A stretch of 64,000 nt of DNA from an uncultured cyanobacterium (GCA_963749915.1 CAVVOP010000005.1:426182-490181), one strand, 5' to 3'. Positions 32,061 through 42,593 are shown, numbered from the stretch's first letter. Program-made: numbers and translations. Notes: generated by a model from the letters alone, not told the origin.

Positions 32061-33242
32061 ATGAAAATTCCTGTTCTTGATTTAAAGCCTCAATATCAAC
32101 AACTTAAAGCGGAAATTGATCGGGCCATCGCCAATGTATTAGAATCAACACAATTCGTATTAGGATCTGAAGTTAAACTATTAGAAAGTGAAATTGCTAA
32201 TTATTTAGGAGTTAAACACGCTATTGGGGTTAATTCTGGTACAGACGCGTTGATTATCGCTTTACGGGCTTTAAATATCGGGGCAGAAGATGAAGTTATT
32301 ACCACTTCTTTTTCCTTTTACGCCACAGCTGAGTCTATCAGTTTAGTGGGTGCAAAACCTATTTTTGCTGATGTTCAAGAAGATAGTTTTAACATAGATT
32401 TCAGCAAAATTAAAGACAAAATTACCAGTAAAACTAAGGCTATCATCCCCGTGCATCTCTATGGACAACCTGCCGCCATGACAGAAATAAATACCATTGC
32501 CCAAGAATATGGCCTAAAAGTCGTCGAAGATTGCGCTCAGGCTTTTGGCGCAGTTTATTATGGGGATTGTCTTGGATGTCATCAAAGTTGTGATGATGAC
32601 CAACGGCAACAAATAACAGGCAAATATGTCGGTAGTATTGGCGATGTGGGGGCATATTCATTTTATCCAACGAAAAATTTAGGTGCTTATGGTGATGCCG
32701 GCATGATTGTTACTAACAGTGATGAAATTGACGAATTGGCAAAAATGTTACGAGTTCATGGTGCAAAGAAAAATTATCAGAATGAATTATTAGGTTATAA
32801 TTCTCGTCTTGATAGTTTACAAGCCTGTATTTTAAGGGTGAAATTAAAGTACATTGATCAATGGAATAAAACTAGAAGAAATATCGCTGAAAATTATAAT
32901 CAACTATTATCAAATAATCCCAATATTATTACTCCCAATATTACTAAAGGTCATGTTTTTCATCAATACACTATTAGAATTACTAACGGAAAACGAGATC
33001 AATTAAAAGATTATTTGGCAAATTTAGGCATCGGCAGTATGATTTATTATCCGATTCCTCAAGATCAATTACCAGTTTATAAAGGACAATATCAACCTAA
33101 TTCTGTTACTATGAAATTAGCTCAAGAAGTGCTAAGCCTGCCAATTTTTCCTGAATTATCCTTAGAAAAAGTAGCAGAAGTTGCCCAAGCTATTAATAAT
33201 TTCCGTGGTCCTGTAGACGTAGTGATCAGACAAAATAACTGA
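32061..33242 (+). CDS. DegT/DnrJ/EryC1/StrS family PLP aminotransferase
   Basis: NSGTDAL, PVHLYG, EDCAQA, SFYPTKNLG (PLP Lys) and GYNSRLD. Confidence 0.95.
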   Translation: MKIPVLDLKPQYQQLKAEIDRAIANVLESTQFVLGSEVKLLESEIANYLGVKHAIGVNSGTDALIIALRALNIGAEDEVITTSFSFYATAESISLVGAKPIFADVQEDSFNIDFSKIKDKITSKTKAIIPVHLYGQPAAMTEINTIAQEYGLKVVEDCAQAFGAVYYGDCLGCHQSCDDDQRQQITGKYVGSIGDVGAYSFYPTKNLGAYGDAGMIVTNSDEIDELAKMLRVHGAKKNYQNELLGYNSRLDSLQACILRVKLKYIDQWNKTRRNIAENYNQLLSNNPNIITPNITKGHVFHQYTIRITNGKRDQLKDYLANLGIGSMIYYPIPQDQLPVYKGQYQPNSVTMKLAQEVLSLPIFPELSLEKVAEVAQAINNFRGPVDVVIRQNN

Positions 33243-33302
33243 TTAGTTAATACCCTACGCCAAAGAATTTTTCAATTAGTATCGAAAGCTTCAATTTGTT
33301 CT
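33204..33302 (+). pseudogene. Degenerate IS1-family InsB C-terminal fragment
   Basis: Reading on past the aminotransferase stop gives ...PVD...*LVNTLRQRIFQLVSK, resembling the InsB motif ERFNNTLRQRISRLVRK. Confidence 0.45.
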
Positions 33303-34615
33303 TATCTTAATCTTTGATAAACGGTAACCAGAGCATTTTCATCGCCCACATTTCCGGGGAATAAAACTACAGGTAAATTGGGGAAAAGATAATGATTTTC
33401 AGGGGTAATTATCACAGAACATCCCGCTAAAATTTGCCCTAATAATCGTGCTTCTTTTAAGGCTAAACCATCGCTTAAAACATCATTGGAGGTAATGCCA
33501 CCTTTACTGATTAAAAACCCGATATCAGAGGGTAAACCCCGCACAATATCCATCAACACCGCCGAGACTTGTTTGCCAAATTGTAATCTAGTTTCGATGT
33601 TAGGGAAATTCAATTCTTGACGGCTGGTATAAACCACGGGAGTTTTACCGTTGTTTAAGGTTTCCGCTACTTTATCTAAAGCGGATTTAATAATGTTGTC
33701 TCGTTGGATTGAATCGTCCCTTAAAATGGTGACATCAATTTCAATGCCTACAATATCAGGTTGTTGTAATAACTGCTTTAATTGGAGAGTGGTTTTTTTG
33801 ACGTGAGAACCGACTAGAATAACCCCGGAGTTAGTGGTAGGCTTATATTTTGCCATGTTTTCCGCCTCCACAGGTTGTTCTCCTAATCCTGCCAGAGAAG
33901 TTAAAATACTCGCCGCACTACGGAAAAGGAACTTTTTGCCCTCACTGGCAATTTGTAACAAATCTTGGGCAAATTTATCTAAATCCTCTTGTTTTTCGCC
34001 GTCAACTACCACACACTGATTATTCTTAAATTCTCTCAGGCGATTTTGTGTGCCGTTTCTGATGTCATCTAATAACAATCTCTGGACTTTATCAGCGGTA
34101 ATTCTGCCTTGAGTTTTTTCCTCGACATAATCGGGAAGGTAACTGTATTTATAACCAAATACAGAATCTTGGGCAAATTCAGTTTCATGTACAGGAGTTT
34201 CAATACCATTGATTAACAAGTAATGGATTGAGTTACGGGTAATTCTTCCCCCTTCAAAAAAGGCGGGAATGAGGAAATGTGCATCAAATTCCCCTAATTC
34301 TTGGGCAATAACATCAGTTTCTAGGGGATAATGTCCCCTTAAGGTAGAATCTGAGCGACTCACTACTAAATAATCTTTAATTCCTTCTAGTGCGATCGCC
34401 TGTTTTAGATTCTGACAAACTTCTTGGGTAACTTGTTTGGCTTCGGTGGGAGTTAATGCTCTTGTGTTGGTTAAAATAAAGAAAATGGGTGCAGAATCTC
34501 TTAGGCCATCCCGCAAAGTGTCTATATCCCATTGCATTAATAATAAACAACTGTGGACGGTTTGGGAACCTGTGGGATCATCATCTAAGACGATTATTTT
34601 TGGTTGCTGAGTCAT
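33302..34615 (-). CDS. Four-carbon acid sugar kinase family protein
   Basis: VLDDDPTG, RSDSTLRGH, GSHV..T..QL, KGGITS and FPGNVG. Confidence 0.92.
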   Translation of the reverse strand: MTQQPKIIVLDDDPTGSQTVHSCLLLMQWDIDTLRDGLRDSAPIFFILTNTRALTPTEAKQVTQEVCQNLKQAIALEGIKDYLVVSRSDSTLRGHYPLETDVIAQELGEFDAHFLIPAFFEGGRITRNSIHYLLINGIETPVHETEFAQDSVFGYKYSYLPDYVEEKTQGRITADKVQRLLLDDIRNGTQNRLREFKNNQCVVVDGEKQEDLDKFAQDLLQIASEGKKFLFRSAASILTSLAGLGEQPVEAENMAKYKPTTNSGVILVGSHVKKTTLQLKQLLQQPDIVGIEIDVTILRDDSIQRDNIIKSALDKVAETLNNGKTPVVYTSRQELNFPNIETRLQFGKQVSAVLMDIVRGLPSDIGFLISKGGITSNDVLSDGLALKEARLLGQILAGCSVIITPENHYLFPNLPVVLFPGNVGDENALVTVYQRLR

Positions 34616-34750
34616 AATTGTTGTTAGAGAAAAAGTGAACTTATTCACAAAATATATTGAGCATAGTTGAAGACTTACGGATTTTTTGCCCTGTAACAAA
34701 AGTTTGTTCTAGTTCTATAGTAATTCTAAATCAGTTTTTTCCTTACCATA

Positions 34751-37225
34751 ATGAACGACTTTACCCCCGATTTAGCACTAACCTCTTTACCACCGCAAAA
34801 TATAGAAGCCGAAGAAATAATTTTGGGAGGAATTTTATTTGATCCCAAGGCTATGAGTAAAATCATCGACATACTACCACCAGAAGCATTTTATGTCAAT
34901 GCCCATCGTCAAATTTACGAAGCCGCCAGAAATTTATATTTCCAAGGACAACCCGTTGACTTAATGACGGTTACGACGTGGTTAAATGACCATAGTTTAT
35001 TAGATAAAATTGGCGGTACTCCTAAAATGGTCAGTTTACTTGATCGTACCATTTCTTCGGCGAATATCGAGCGTTATGTGCCGTTAATTACTGATAAATA
35101 TATTAGAAGATTATTGATAAGTACTGTCAAAGAAATTAGCGAATTAGGTTATGATACGACTAAGGATTTAGATCAAGTTTTAGACGAAGCAGAACAAAAA
35201 ATATTCAAACTTACCCAAGCAAGAATACAACAAGGTTTAGTACCTATTTCCGAAACTTTAATCGACACTTTTACGCAAATTCAAAACTTCCAAGATAAAC
35301 TTGCTTTACCCGGTATTAGTAGTGAATTTTATGATTTAGATGCTTTAATGGGTAGTGGTTTTCAGCGATCAGATCTAATTATCATTGCAGGGCGCCCGGC
35401 CATGGGAAAAACGAGTTTTGCCTTAAATATTGCCGCTAATATTGCTAAAGAACATGATTTAGCTGTCGCAATTTTTAGCTTAGAAATGTCACGAGAACAA
35501 TTGGCGATGCGTTTGCTTTCTGCGGAGGGAAAACTAGAAAGTAGCCGATTAAAAACTGGTAGAATTACAGAACAAGAAATGGAGCCTTTAATGACGGCGA
35601 TGGGTAAGTTATCGGAATTACCTATTTATATTGATGATTCTGGTAATTTAACAGTAATGCAAATGCGATCGGAAGTTCGCCGTTTACAAGCCGAAAAAAA
35701 GGGAAAATTAGGCCTAGTTTTAATCGATTATTTACAATTAATGCAGGGTAGCAGTGATAATCGTGTACAGGAATTATCAAGAATTACTCGTTCTTTAAAA
35801 AGTTTAGCACGGGAAATTAATGCACCCATTATTGCCTTGTCTCAGCTTAGTCGTGCGGTGGAACAACGAACCAATAAACGTCCTATGTTATCGGATTTGA
35901 GGGAATCAGGCTGTTTAAGTGGCGATTCTTTGGTAACGATGGCAGACACTGGAGAGGAAATTCCGATCAAGGATTTAGAGGGTAAATCTGGGTTTGCAGT
36001 ATGGGCCATTAACACTGATACCATGAAAATGGAACGGGCATTGGTAAGTAATGCTTTTTGTACTGGCATTAAACCTGTATATCAGATTGTTACAGAATTA
36101 GGACGTACTATTAAAGCAACGGCTAATCATAAATTTTTGCGTTTTGACGGTTGGGTGAGATTAGATGAATTACAAACGGGCGATCGCCTTGCCTTACCTC
36201 GTCATATTCCTAGCCCCGAATTGCAAACAATGGGAGATGATGAATTAGCATTGTTAGGGCATTTAATCGGCGATGGTTATACTTCACCTCGTCACGTCAT
36301 TCAATATACCACCTATGAACTAGATTTAGCAGAAACTGTTTCAAATTTGGCGACAAAAGTATTTAAAGATCAAATTAATCCCAAAATTAAACAGCAAAGA
36401 CAATGGTATCAAGTCTATTTATCCGCTAATTATCCCTTAATTCACGGCGTCAAAAATCCCGTTACTAAATGGTTAGAAAACTTGGGTATTTTTGGTTTAC
36501 CATCTCACGAAAAGTATATCCCCTCTCTTGTCTTTCAACAACCAGAAAATGCGATCGCCATCTTTTTAAGACATCTTTGGAGTACTAATGGATGTATTCG
36601 CACCAGTAAAAATCTCTCTTCTTATGGGAGTATTTATTATGCCTCCAGCAGTGAAAAATTAATCAGGGGTGTACAAACTTTACTTTTACGTTTAGGCATC
36701 AATGGGGTACTAAGAATCATATCACAAGGGAAAAAAGGACGAGATCACCTTCAGGTATGGATTGACGATAAATCCGATGTGGAAAAATTTGTTCATATTG
36801 TGGGTGGAACGGGTTTATATAAACAAGAAAGCCTATGGGAAATTCAACAATATTTACCACAATCGGGTAAAGCTAACACTAATCGAGATTTAATTCCCCC
36901 AGAAACTATGCCTAAATTAGCTAATAGTGATATTTATTGGGATAAAATCAAAACTATTGAATATGTTGGCAAAGAAAAAGTTTATGATTTAACCGTACCA
37001 GGTTTGGCTAATTTTATAGCAATGGCTTACTATATACATAATTCAATAGAGCAAGATGCGGATCTGGTGATGATGTTATATCGTGATGAATATTACCATC
37101 CTGATACAGTTGATCAAGGTGTGGCGGAGATAATTATCGCTAAACATAGAAATGGACCAACAGGACAAGTTAAACTGATATTTCGTCCTGAATTAACCCA
37201 ATTTTTGAATATGAAACGACATTAA
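34751..37225 (+). CDS. dnaB: Replicative DNA helicase DnaB with intein
   Basis: PPQNIEAE, AGRPAMGKT, IDYLQLM and RESG|intein|SIEQDAD. Confidence 0.97.
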   Translation: MNDFTPDLALTSLPPQNIEAEEIILGGILFDPKAMSKIIDILPPEAFYVNAHRQIYEAARNLYFQGQPVDLMTVTTWLNDHSLLDKIGGTPKMVSLLDRTISSANIERYVPLITDKYIRRLLISTVKEISELGYDTTKDLDQVLDEAEQKIFKLTQARIQQGLVPISETLIDTFTQIQNFQDKLALPGISSEFYDLDALMGSGFQRSDLIIIAGRPAMGKTSFALNIAANIAKEHDLAVAIFSLEMSREQLAMRLLSAEGKLESSRLKTGRITEQEMEPLMTAMGKLSELPIYIDDSGNLTVMQMRSEVRRLQAEKKGKLGLVLIDYLQLMQGSSDNRVQELSRITRSLKSLAREINAPIIALSQLSRAVEQRTNKRPMLSDLRESGCLSGDSLVTMADTGEEIPIKDLEGKSGFAVWAINTDTMKMERALVSNAFCTGIKPVYQIVTELGRTIKATANHKFLRFDGWVRLDELQTGDRLALPRHIPSPELQTMGDDELALLGHLIGDGYTSPRHVIQYTTYELDLAETVSNLATKVFKDQINPKIKQQRQWYQVYLSANYPLIHGVKNPVTKWLENLGIFGLPSHEKYIPSLVFQQPENAIAIFLRHLWSTNGCIRTSKNLSSYGSIYYASSSEKLIRGVQTLLLRLGINGVLRIISQGKKGRDHLQVWIDDKSDVEKFVHIVGGTGLYKQESLWEIQQYLPQSGKANTNRDLIPPETMPKLANSDIYWDKIKTIEYVGKEKVYDLTVPGLANFIAMAYYIHNSIEQDADLVMMLYRDEYYHPDTVDQGVAEIIIAKHRNGPTGQVKLIFRPELTQFLNMKRH
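35912..37042 (+). mobile_element. DnaB intein (377 aa) with LAGLIDADG homing endonuclease domain
   Basis: Starts CLSGDS after RESG. Block B TANHKF, block C LLGHLIGDG, block E FLRHLWSTNG, block F VYDLTV. Ends HN before SIEQD. Confidence 0.95.
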
Positions 37226-37270
37226 ATCGAGGTGGAGTAAAAACTTAAGATGGGACAGCCTGGTAGAGGG

Positions 37271-37430
37271 AGGAGTAAGTCGCATTAGTGGAAGGGCTTA
37301 CGGCACCGTAGTTTCTTCGATTAGGGATGCTAGTCAAAAGGCTCAAATGATACATAATGCCGAAGTTCAACAAGTAGAGGCCGAGGAAGTTAGTGCCGAT
37401 GAAATGTGGTCTTTTGTGCAAAAAAACAAT
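37271..37430 (+). pseudogene. IS1-family transposase fragment (InsA/InsB junction)
   Basis: Translates as GVSRISGRAYGTVVSSIRDASQKAQMIHN...SADEMWSFVQK, with an A7C slippery run at 37420-37427. Confidence 0.8.
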
Positions 37431-37614
37431 CAAACTGCAAGAACCAAAAATATTAATATTTGTTGTAATTTTCGTTACTAGAAAATAAAAATACCTGCCA
37501 TTGCAAGGAGGGAAAACTGAACTTGTCATCTATTGTTTGTTTCTCAGGATAAGTTATTATAAAAGGGATTAACATTTTCTTTCGCCTTTTCTTGAATCAT
37601 ATTATTAACACCCC

Positions 37615-37902
37615 ATGAAAATTAATCTTCAATCCCTCTACGGTTTTTATCGCAATGCCATCCGCAACCCTAAATATCGTAACTGGATTATTTTAGGTAC
37701 CTTAATTTATGTTTTAAGTCCTTTTGATATTTCCCCTGATTTTTTCCCATTTGCGGGACAAATTGATGACTTTTTCTTATTATCAATTATGTTAACAGAA
37801 GTTTCCCAAATGATAATGAGTGGTGTCAAAAATAAAAAAGATCAATATACAGAAAACGAAGGACAAAAAACCATAGATGTTGACGCTGTTTCTGTGGATT
37901 AA
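37615..37902 (+). CDS. YkvA/DUF1232 family membrane protein
   Basis: YVLSPFDISPDFFP..GQIDD. Confidence 0.9.
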   Translation: MKINLQSLYGFYRNAIRNPKYRNWIILGTLIYVLSPFDISPDFFPFAGQIDDFFLLSIMLTEVSQMIMSGVKNKKDQYTENEGQKTIDVDAVSVD

Positions 37903-37951
37903 GATAATCTAAATATAGCAATTCTAAATCATCGATAGAAAAAAAATTAGA

Positions 37952-39061
37952 TTAATTGCTGATGACTGAGTGCGATAGACGATAGTTATAATAAGCGGCA
38001 CAAGCACCTTCTGATGATACCATCGGAGCTCCTAAAGGTTGTTCAGGAGTACATTTTGTACCAAAAGAGGGGCATTGATGAGGTTTTTTAATTCCCTGTA
38101 AAATTTCGCCGCTAATGCAACTTTGATTTTCTAAATTTTTAGGTTTAACGAAGTCTAAACCAAATTTTTTTTCCGCCGCAAATTGCTGATATTTTGTCTT
38201 AAGTTTTAAGCCACTATTGGGAATATTTGCAATACCACGCCAAAAATAATCACTAATATCAAATACTTCTTTCATCAAACATTGAGCATTTTTGTTGCCT
38301 TCTTTATTGACTACACGACTATATTGATTTTCTACTTTAACATCTTGTTTTTCTAGTTGTTGAATACAGAGAAAAATTCCCTGTAAAATATCCACTGGTT
38401 CAAATCCTGTTACGATAATGGGCACTTGATATTTATGAGAAATAGATTCATATTCTTGATAACCCATAACACTACAAACATGACCAGCCGCTAAAAAACC
38501 CTGTACTTGACAGTGGTTGGACGATAAAATTGCTTCCATAGCCGGAGGTACTAAAACATGAGATATTAACACGGAAAAATTATCTAAATTTTGCTGTTGT
38601 GCTTGATAAATTGTCATGGCGGTAGCAGGGGCAGTGGTTTCAAATCCAACGGCAAAAAATACCACTTTTTTAGTAGGATTTTGTTGAGCAATTTTTAGGC
38701 AATCTAAGGGGGAATAAATAATTCGAATATCTGCCCCCAATGCCTTAATGTTTAGTAAATCTTTTTTGCTTCCTGGTACCCTTAACATATCGCCAAAAGA
38801 GCACAAAATAGTATTGGGTAAAGAGGCGATTTCGATGGCTTGATCAATCAATTCAATATTTGTTACACACACAGGACATCCAGGACCATGAATTAAGCTA
38901 ATTTCTGGAGGTAATAGTTGATCAATACCATATTTGACGATACTATGGGTTTGACCTCCGCAAATTTCCATTATTTGCCATGGTTGAGTTACGATATTGG
39001 CCATCGCTTCAGAATATTTTTTCACTAAATCTACATCTCTATATTCATCGACAAATTTCAT
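37952..39061 (-). CDS. hypD: Hydrogenase maturation protein HypD
   Basis: [23 protein letters not shown] and PMVSSEGAC. Confidence 0.97.
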   Translation of the reverse strand: MKFVDEYRDVDLVKKYSEAMANIVTQPWQIMEICGGQTHSIVKYGIDQLLPPEISLIHGPGCPVCVTNIELIDQAIEIASLPNTILCSFGDMLRVPGSKKDLLNIKALGADIRIIYSPLDCLKIAQQNPTKKVVFFAVGFETTAPATAMTIYQAQQQNLDNFSVLISHVLVPPAMEAILSSNHCQVQGFLAAGHVCSVMGYQEYESISHKYQVPIIVTGFEPVDILQGIFLCIQQLEKQDVKVENQYSRVVNKEGNKNAQCLMKEVFDISDYFWRGIANIPNSGLKLKTKYQQFAAEKKFGLDFVKPKNLENQSCISGEILQGIKKPHQCPSFGTKCTPEQPLGAPMVSSEGACAAYYNYRLSHSVISN

Positions 39062-39186
39062 GGGATTTTATGAGATAACTTTTTCCTAATTTTAACATTT
39101 TATTTGGCGATATTGATAAATTAATTAGTTATGGAAATCAATAAAGTTTATATAGTATAATTAAGAGTAAAATTTTATAAAAAATT

Positions 39187-40233
39187 ATGTCAGAAAATAC
39201 AAATTTTCAGCTTAATTGCCCTTTACCAACAGATAAATATTCCCATATTTTATTAGGTCATGGTAGTGGTGGCAAGTTAATGCGACAATTAATTAATGAT
39301 ATGTTTTTAGCTACTTTTCAAGAGGAAAATCAAATTGAACATGACTCCAGCGTACTTAATCTTTATGGTAAAAAAATTGCTTTTACGACGGATTCTTATG
39401 TGGTAAATCCTCTCTTTTTCCCCGGAGGTGATATTGGCTCAATGGCCATTTATGGCACAGTAAATGACTTGGCAATGTCTGGGGCTATTCCTCTATATTT
39501 AAGTTTAAGTTTTATTTTAGAAGAAGGGTTAGCCATTGCCACTTTATGGAAAATAGTACAATCTATAAAAAAAGCATCAAAAATAAGTAAAGTAAAGATT
39601 GTTACTGGAGATACTAAAGTTGTTGAAAAAGGGAAAGGTGATCAAATTTTTATTAATACTTCAGGTATCGGAATTATTAACCATAATTTAGAGATTAATC
39701 CTCAATCAATACAACCTAATGATGTGGTTATTATTAGTGGAGATATTGGGCAACATGGCATTGCGATTATGGCAATTAGAGAGGGTTTAGAGTTTGAAAC
39801 ATCTATAAAAAGTGATTCTGCACCCTTAGCCGAAACTATTTTAGAATTATTAAATGTGGGAATTAAAATTAATTGTTTACGGGATTTAACTAGAGGTGGA
39901 TTGGCTAGTGCTTTGAATGAAATTGCTATATCTGCTAAGTTAGAAATTACCATAAATGAAGATACAATTGCTGTTAAAGAAGAAGTAAAAGGTGCTTGTG
40001 AAATATTAGGTTTTGATCCCCTTTACGTAGCTAATGAGGGTAGATTTGTGGTGTTTATTCCTGCGGAAGATATAGATAAAACTTTAACTATTTTAAGGGC
40101 TAAAAATTCTAGTGCTAAGGTTATAGGTAATGTAAAAAAAACTAATAATTCTCTAGTTATTATGAATAGTAAAATTGGCGGTAAAAGAGTTATTAATATG
40201 CTAAGTGGTGAACAATTACCCAGAATTTGTTAG
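39187..40233 (+). CDS. hypE: Hydrogenase maturation protein HypE
   Basis: HGSGG, TTDSYVV.PLFFPGGDIG, RD.TRGG and C-terminal LPRIC. Confidence 0.97.
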   Translation: MSENTNFQLNCPLPTDKYSHILLGHGSGGKLMRQLINDMFLATFQEENQIEHDSSVLNLYGKKIAFTTDSYVVNPLFFPGGDIGSMAIYGTVNDLAMSGAIPLYLSLSFILEEGLAIATLWKIVQSIKKASKISKVKIVTGDTKVVEKGKGDQIFINTSGIGIINHNLEINPQSIQPNDVVIISGDIGQHGIAIMAIREGLEFETSIKSDSAPLAETILELLNVGIKINCLRDLTRGGLASALNEIAISAKLEITINEDTIAVKEEVKGACEILGFDPLYVANEGRFVVFIPAEDIDKTLTILRAKNSSAKVIGNVKKTNNSLVIMNSKIGGKRVINMLSGEQLPRIC

Positions 40234-42593
40234 AAATTTTTATTGTTGTTCATGGCTATAAATGCGATTTGTCCCACAGATAAGCCACCATCATTAATAG
40301 GTATTTTTTGTGACCAATAAGGATTAAAATTATTAAGTCTCAAAATATTAATAGTATTTTCTAATAAGTATTTATTCTGAAAACAACCACCGCTTAACAC
40401 AATGTTTTTAGTGTCAATTACTTGACTAATTTGCCTAATTATTTCGACAAGGGTAAGATGAAATTTCGTGGCAATTAAACTTAAGGATTCTTTCTCTAGA
40501 TAATCGTTTACAATTTCTTTAATCATCCATCGCCAATCAATATAATTACAGATATCATGGTTATATTGCCAATTAAAAGTATAAGTTTTATTAGGCTTAA
40601 AATTACTGACCAAAAATTCTAATTCCATAGCGGCTTGACCTTCAAAAGTGATATTATCAATGATATTTAATAAGGAAGCCACTCCATCAAATAAACGCCC
40701 GACACTAGAGGTTAAAGGAGTGTTTAATTTATTGTTAATTATAGTTTGAAATAATTTCAATTGTTGCCCTGAGTAACCATCAATGATTTCTAAATGTTTC
40801 GGTATATTTGCCAAACTATTATAAACAAGATTAAGTAGGGCTAAACCAATACGTTTTGGTTGTAAAATTGCTTGATCACCACCTATTAAAGGAAAGGGTA
40901 AAAAACTGGCTATTCTTTTAATTTCCGTCTCACTAACATAAAAAAATTCCCCACCCCAAATCCTGTTATCTAATCCGTAACCTGTGCCATCCCATGTAAT
41001 GCCTAATAAGGGTAATGTTAAATTATGTTCTGCAATTGTAGCAAAAATATGAGCTAAATGATGTTGTACCTGAATAACGGGAATTTCTGGTTTTTTATTA
41101 CTTAATTCTTCTGCATATTGGGTGGAAAAATAGTCAGGATGTACGTCACAAACAATTAAATCCGGTTGAAATGCATAAATTGTACTCAAATCGTTAATAG
41201 TATTTTTATAAGTTTTTATAGTTTCAGGAGTATCTAAATTGCCGATATGTTGACTGGTAAAAATTTGTTGATTAAAGGCGATGGCAATGGTATTTTTAAG
41301 ATGTCCTCCTAATGCTAAAATTTTCTTTGATTTTTCTCCTTGAAAATCATCCAATTTTATCGGCAAAGGTGCGTAACCTCTCCCCCGTCTTAAAATCATT
41401 ATTTGATTATTAATTACCCTGACAATGGAATCATCTACAGCTCGAAAAATAGGACGATTATGAATTAAAAAATAATCAGCTAACAGATTTAATTTTTCTA
41501 ATGCTTCTAATTCATCAATACAAATAGGCTCACTTTTTTGATTTCCACTGGTAGCAACAATGGGAAAATTTAACTCTTTTAACAAGAGATGATGTAAGGG
41601 AGTATAGGGTAACATTACCCCTAAATAGTTATTGTTTGGAGCAACTTCTTCAGAGATAAGATTATTATTTATCGTTCTCTTTTCTGAAGACTCTTTTGGA
41701 TTGGTACTATTGAATTTCCTAACTTTTTCTAATAAAAGAATAGGAGAAGCTGAAGATAACAAAATATCTTCTTCAATATTCGATACTAAACAATCAACTT
41801 TAATTTGCTCTAAATTTGGATACATTACTGCTAAGGGTTTATGAGGGCGATTTTTTCTTTTTCTTAAAGTTTTAACAGCCTCATTATTACGGGCATCAAC
41901 AATTAAATGAAACCCTCCTAACCCTTTAACTGCCAAAATTATTCCCTCCTGAATTAACTCACAAGTTTGTTTTAAAGCTTCATCTAAACTGGCTAAACAA
42001 TCACCTTTTTTGTCCCATAATTCCAACTGTGGTCCACATTTTTTACAAGCATTGGGTTGGGCATGAAAACGTCTATTTTTCGGGTTATTATATTCTTCTT
42101 CACATTCTACACACATCTTAAATTTATTCATGGTCGTAAAAATGCGATCGTAGGGTAAATCTTGAATGATGGAATAACGAGGCCCGCAATTAGTACAATT
42201 AGCGAAAGGATAACGATAACGACGATTTTGAGGATCAAAAATTTCCCTTAAACATTCCCGACAAGTACTTAAATCAGGTAAAACAATAGCGGTTTTTTTG
42301 ACGTTATTAATAGAGTCAGAATTTTTGATAAAAAATTTTTGGTAATTAACCCAATTTAAGGGTTTAATTTCTAAGGTATAAATTTCTGATTGCGAAGGTT
42401 TTTCTGCTTTTATTCTGTCAACAAAAATATCCAATTCTATTAAATTTGATTCAATTTCAATAATAACACCTTCTCCCGAATTATTTACCCATCCTTTTAA
42501 CCCTAATTCTGTGGCTAAGTTGTAAATAAAAGGCCGAAAACCGATTCCTTGTACAATACCTTTGATAATTATTTGATAACAATTTTTAGCCAT
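40230..42593 (-). CDS. hypF: Carbamoyltransferase HypF
   Basis: Acylphosphatase GIVQGIGFRPF, Zn fingers CTNCGPRY and RFHAQPNAC, QHHLAH, DGTGYG, NDGGLSVGQ. Confidence 0.97.
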   Translation of the reverse strand: MAKNCYQIIIKGIVQGIGFRPFIYNLATELGLKGWVNNSGEGVIIEIESNLIELDIFVDRIKAEKPSQSEIYTLEIKPLNWVNYQKFFIKNSDSINNVKKTAIVLPDLSTCRECLREIFDPQNRRYRYPFANCTNCGPRYSIIQDLPYDRIFTTMNKFKMCVECEEEYNNPKNRRFHAQPNACKKCGPQLELWDKKGDCLASLDEALKQTCELIQEGIILAVKGLGGFHLIVDARNNEAVKTLRKRKNRPHKPLAVMYPNLEQIKVDCLVSNIEEDILLSSASPILLLEKVRKFNSTNPKESSEKRTINNNLISEEVAPNNNYLGVMLPYTPLHHLLLKELNFPIVATSGNQKSEPICIDELEALEKLNLLADYFLIHNRPIFRAVDDSIVRVINNQIMILRRGRGYAPLPIKLDDFQGEKSKKILALGGHLKNTIAIAFNQQIFTSQHIGNLDTPETIKTYKNTINDLSTIYAFQPDLIVCDVHPDYFSTQYAEELSNKKPEIPVIQVQHHLAHIFATIAEHNLTLPLLGITWDGTGYGLDNRIWGGEFFYVSETEIKRIASFLPFPLIGGDQAILQPKRIGLALLNLVYNSLANIPKHLEIIDGYSGQQLKLFQTIINNKLNTPLTSSVGRLFDGVASLLNIIDNITFEGQAAMELEFLVSNFKPNKTYTFNWQYNHDICNYIDWRWMIKEIVNDYLEKESLSLIATKFHLTLVEIIRQISQVIDTKNIVLSGGCFQNKYLLENTINILRLNNFNPYWSQKIPINDGGLSVGQIAFIAMNNNKNF

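Noticed and set aside
37245..37529. 94-aa minus-strand ORF after dnaB
   Set aside because: It is antisense to the IS1 fragment, which explains the region better.
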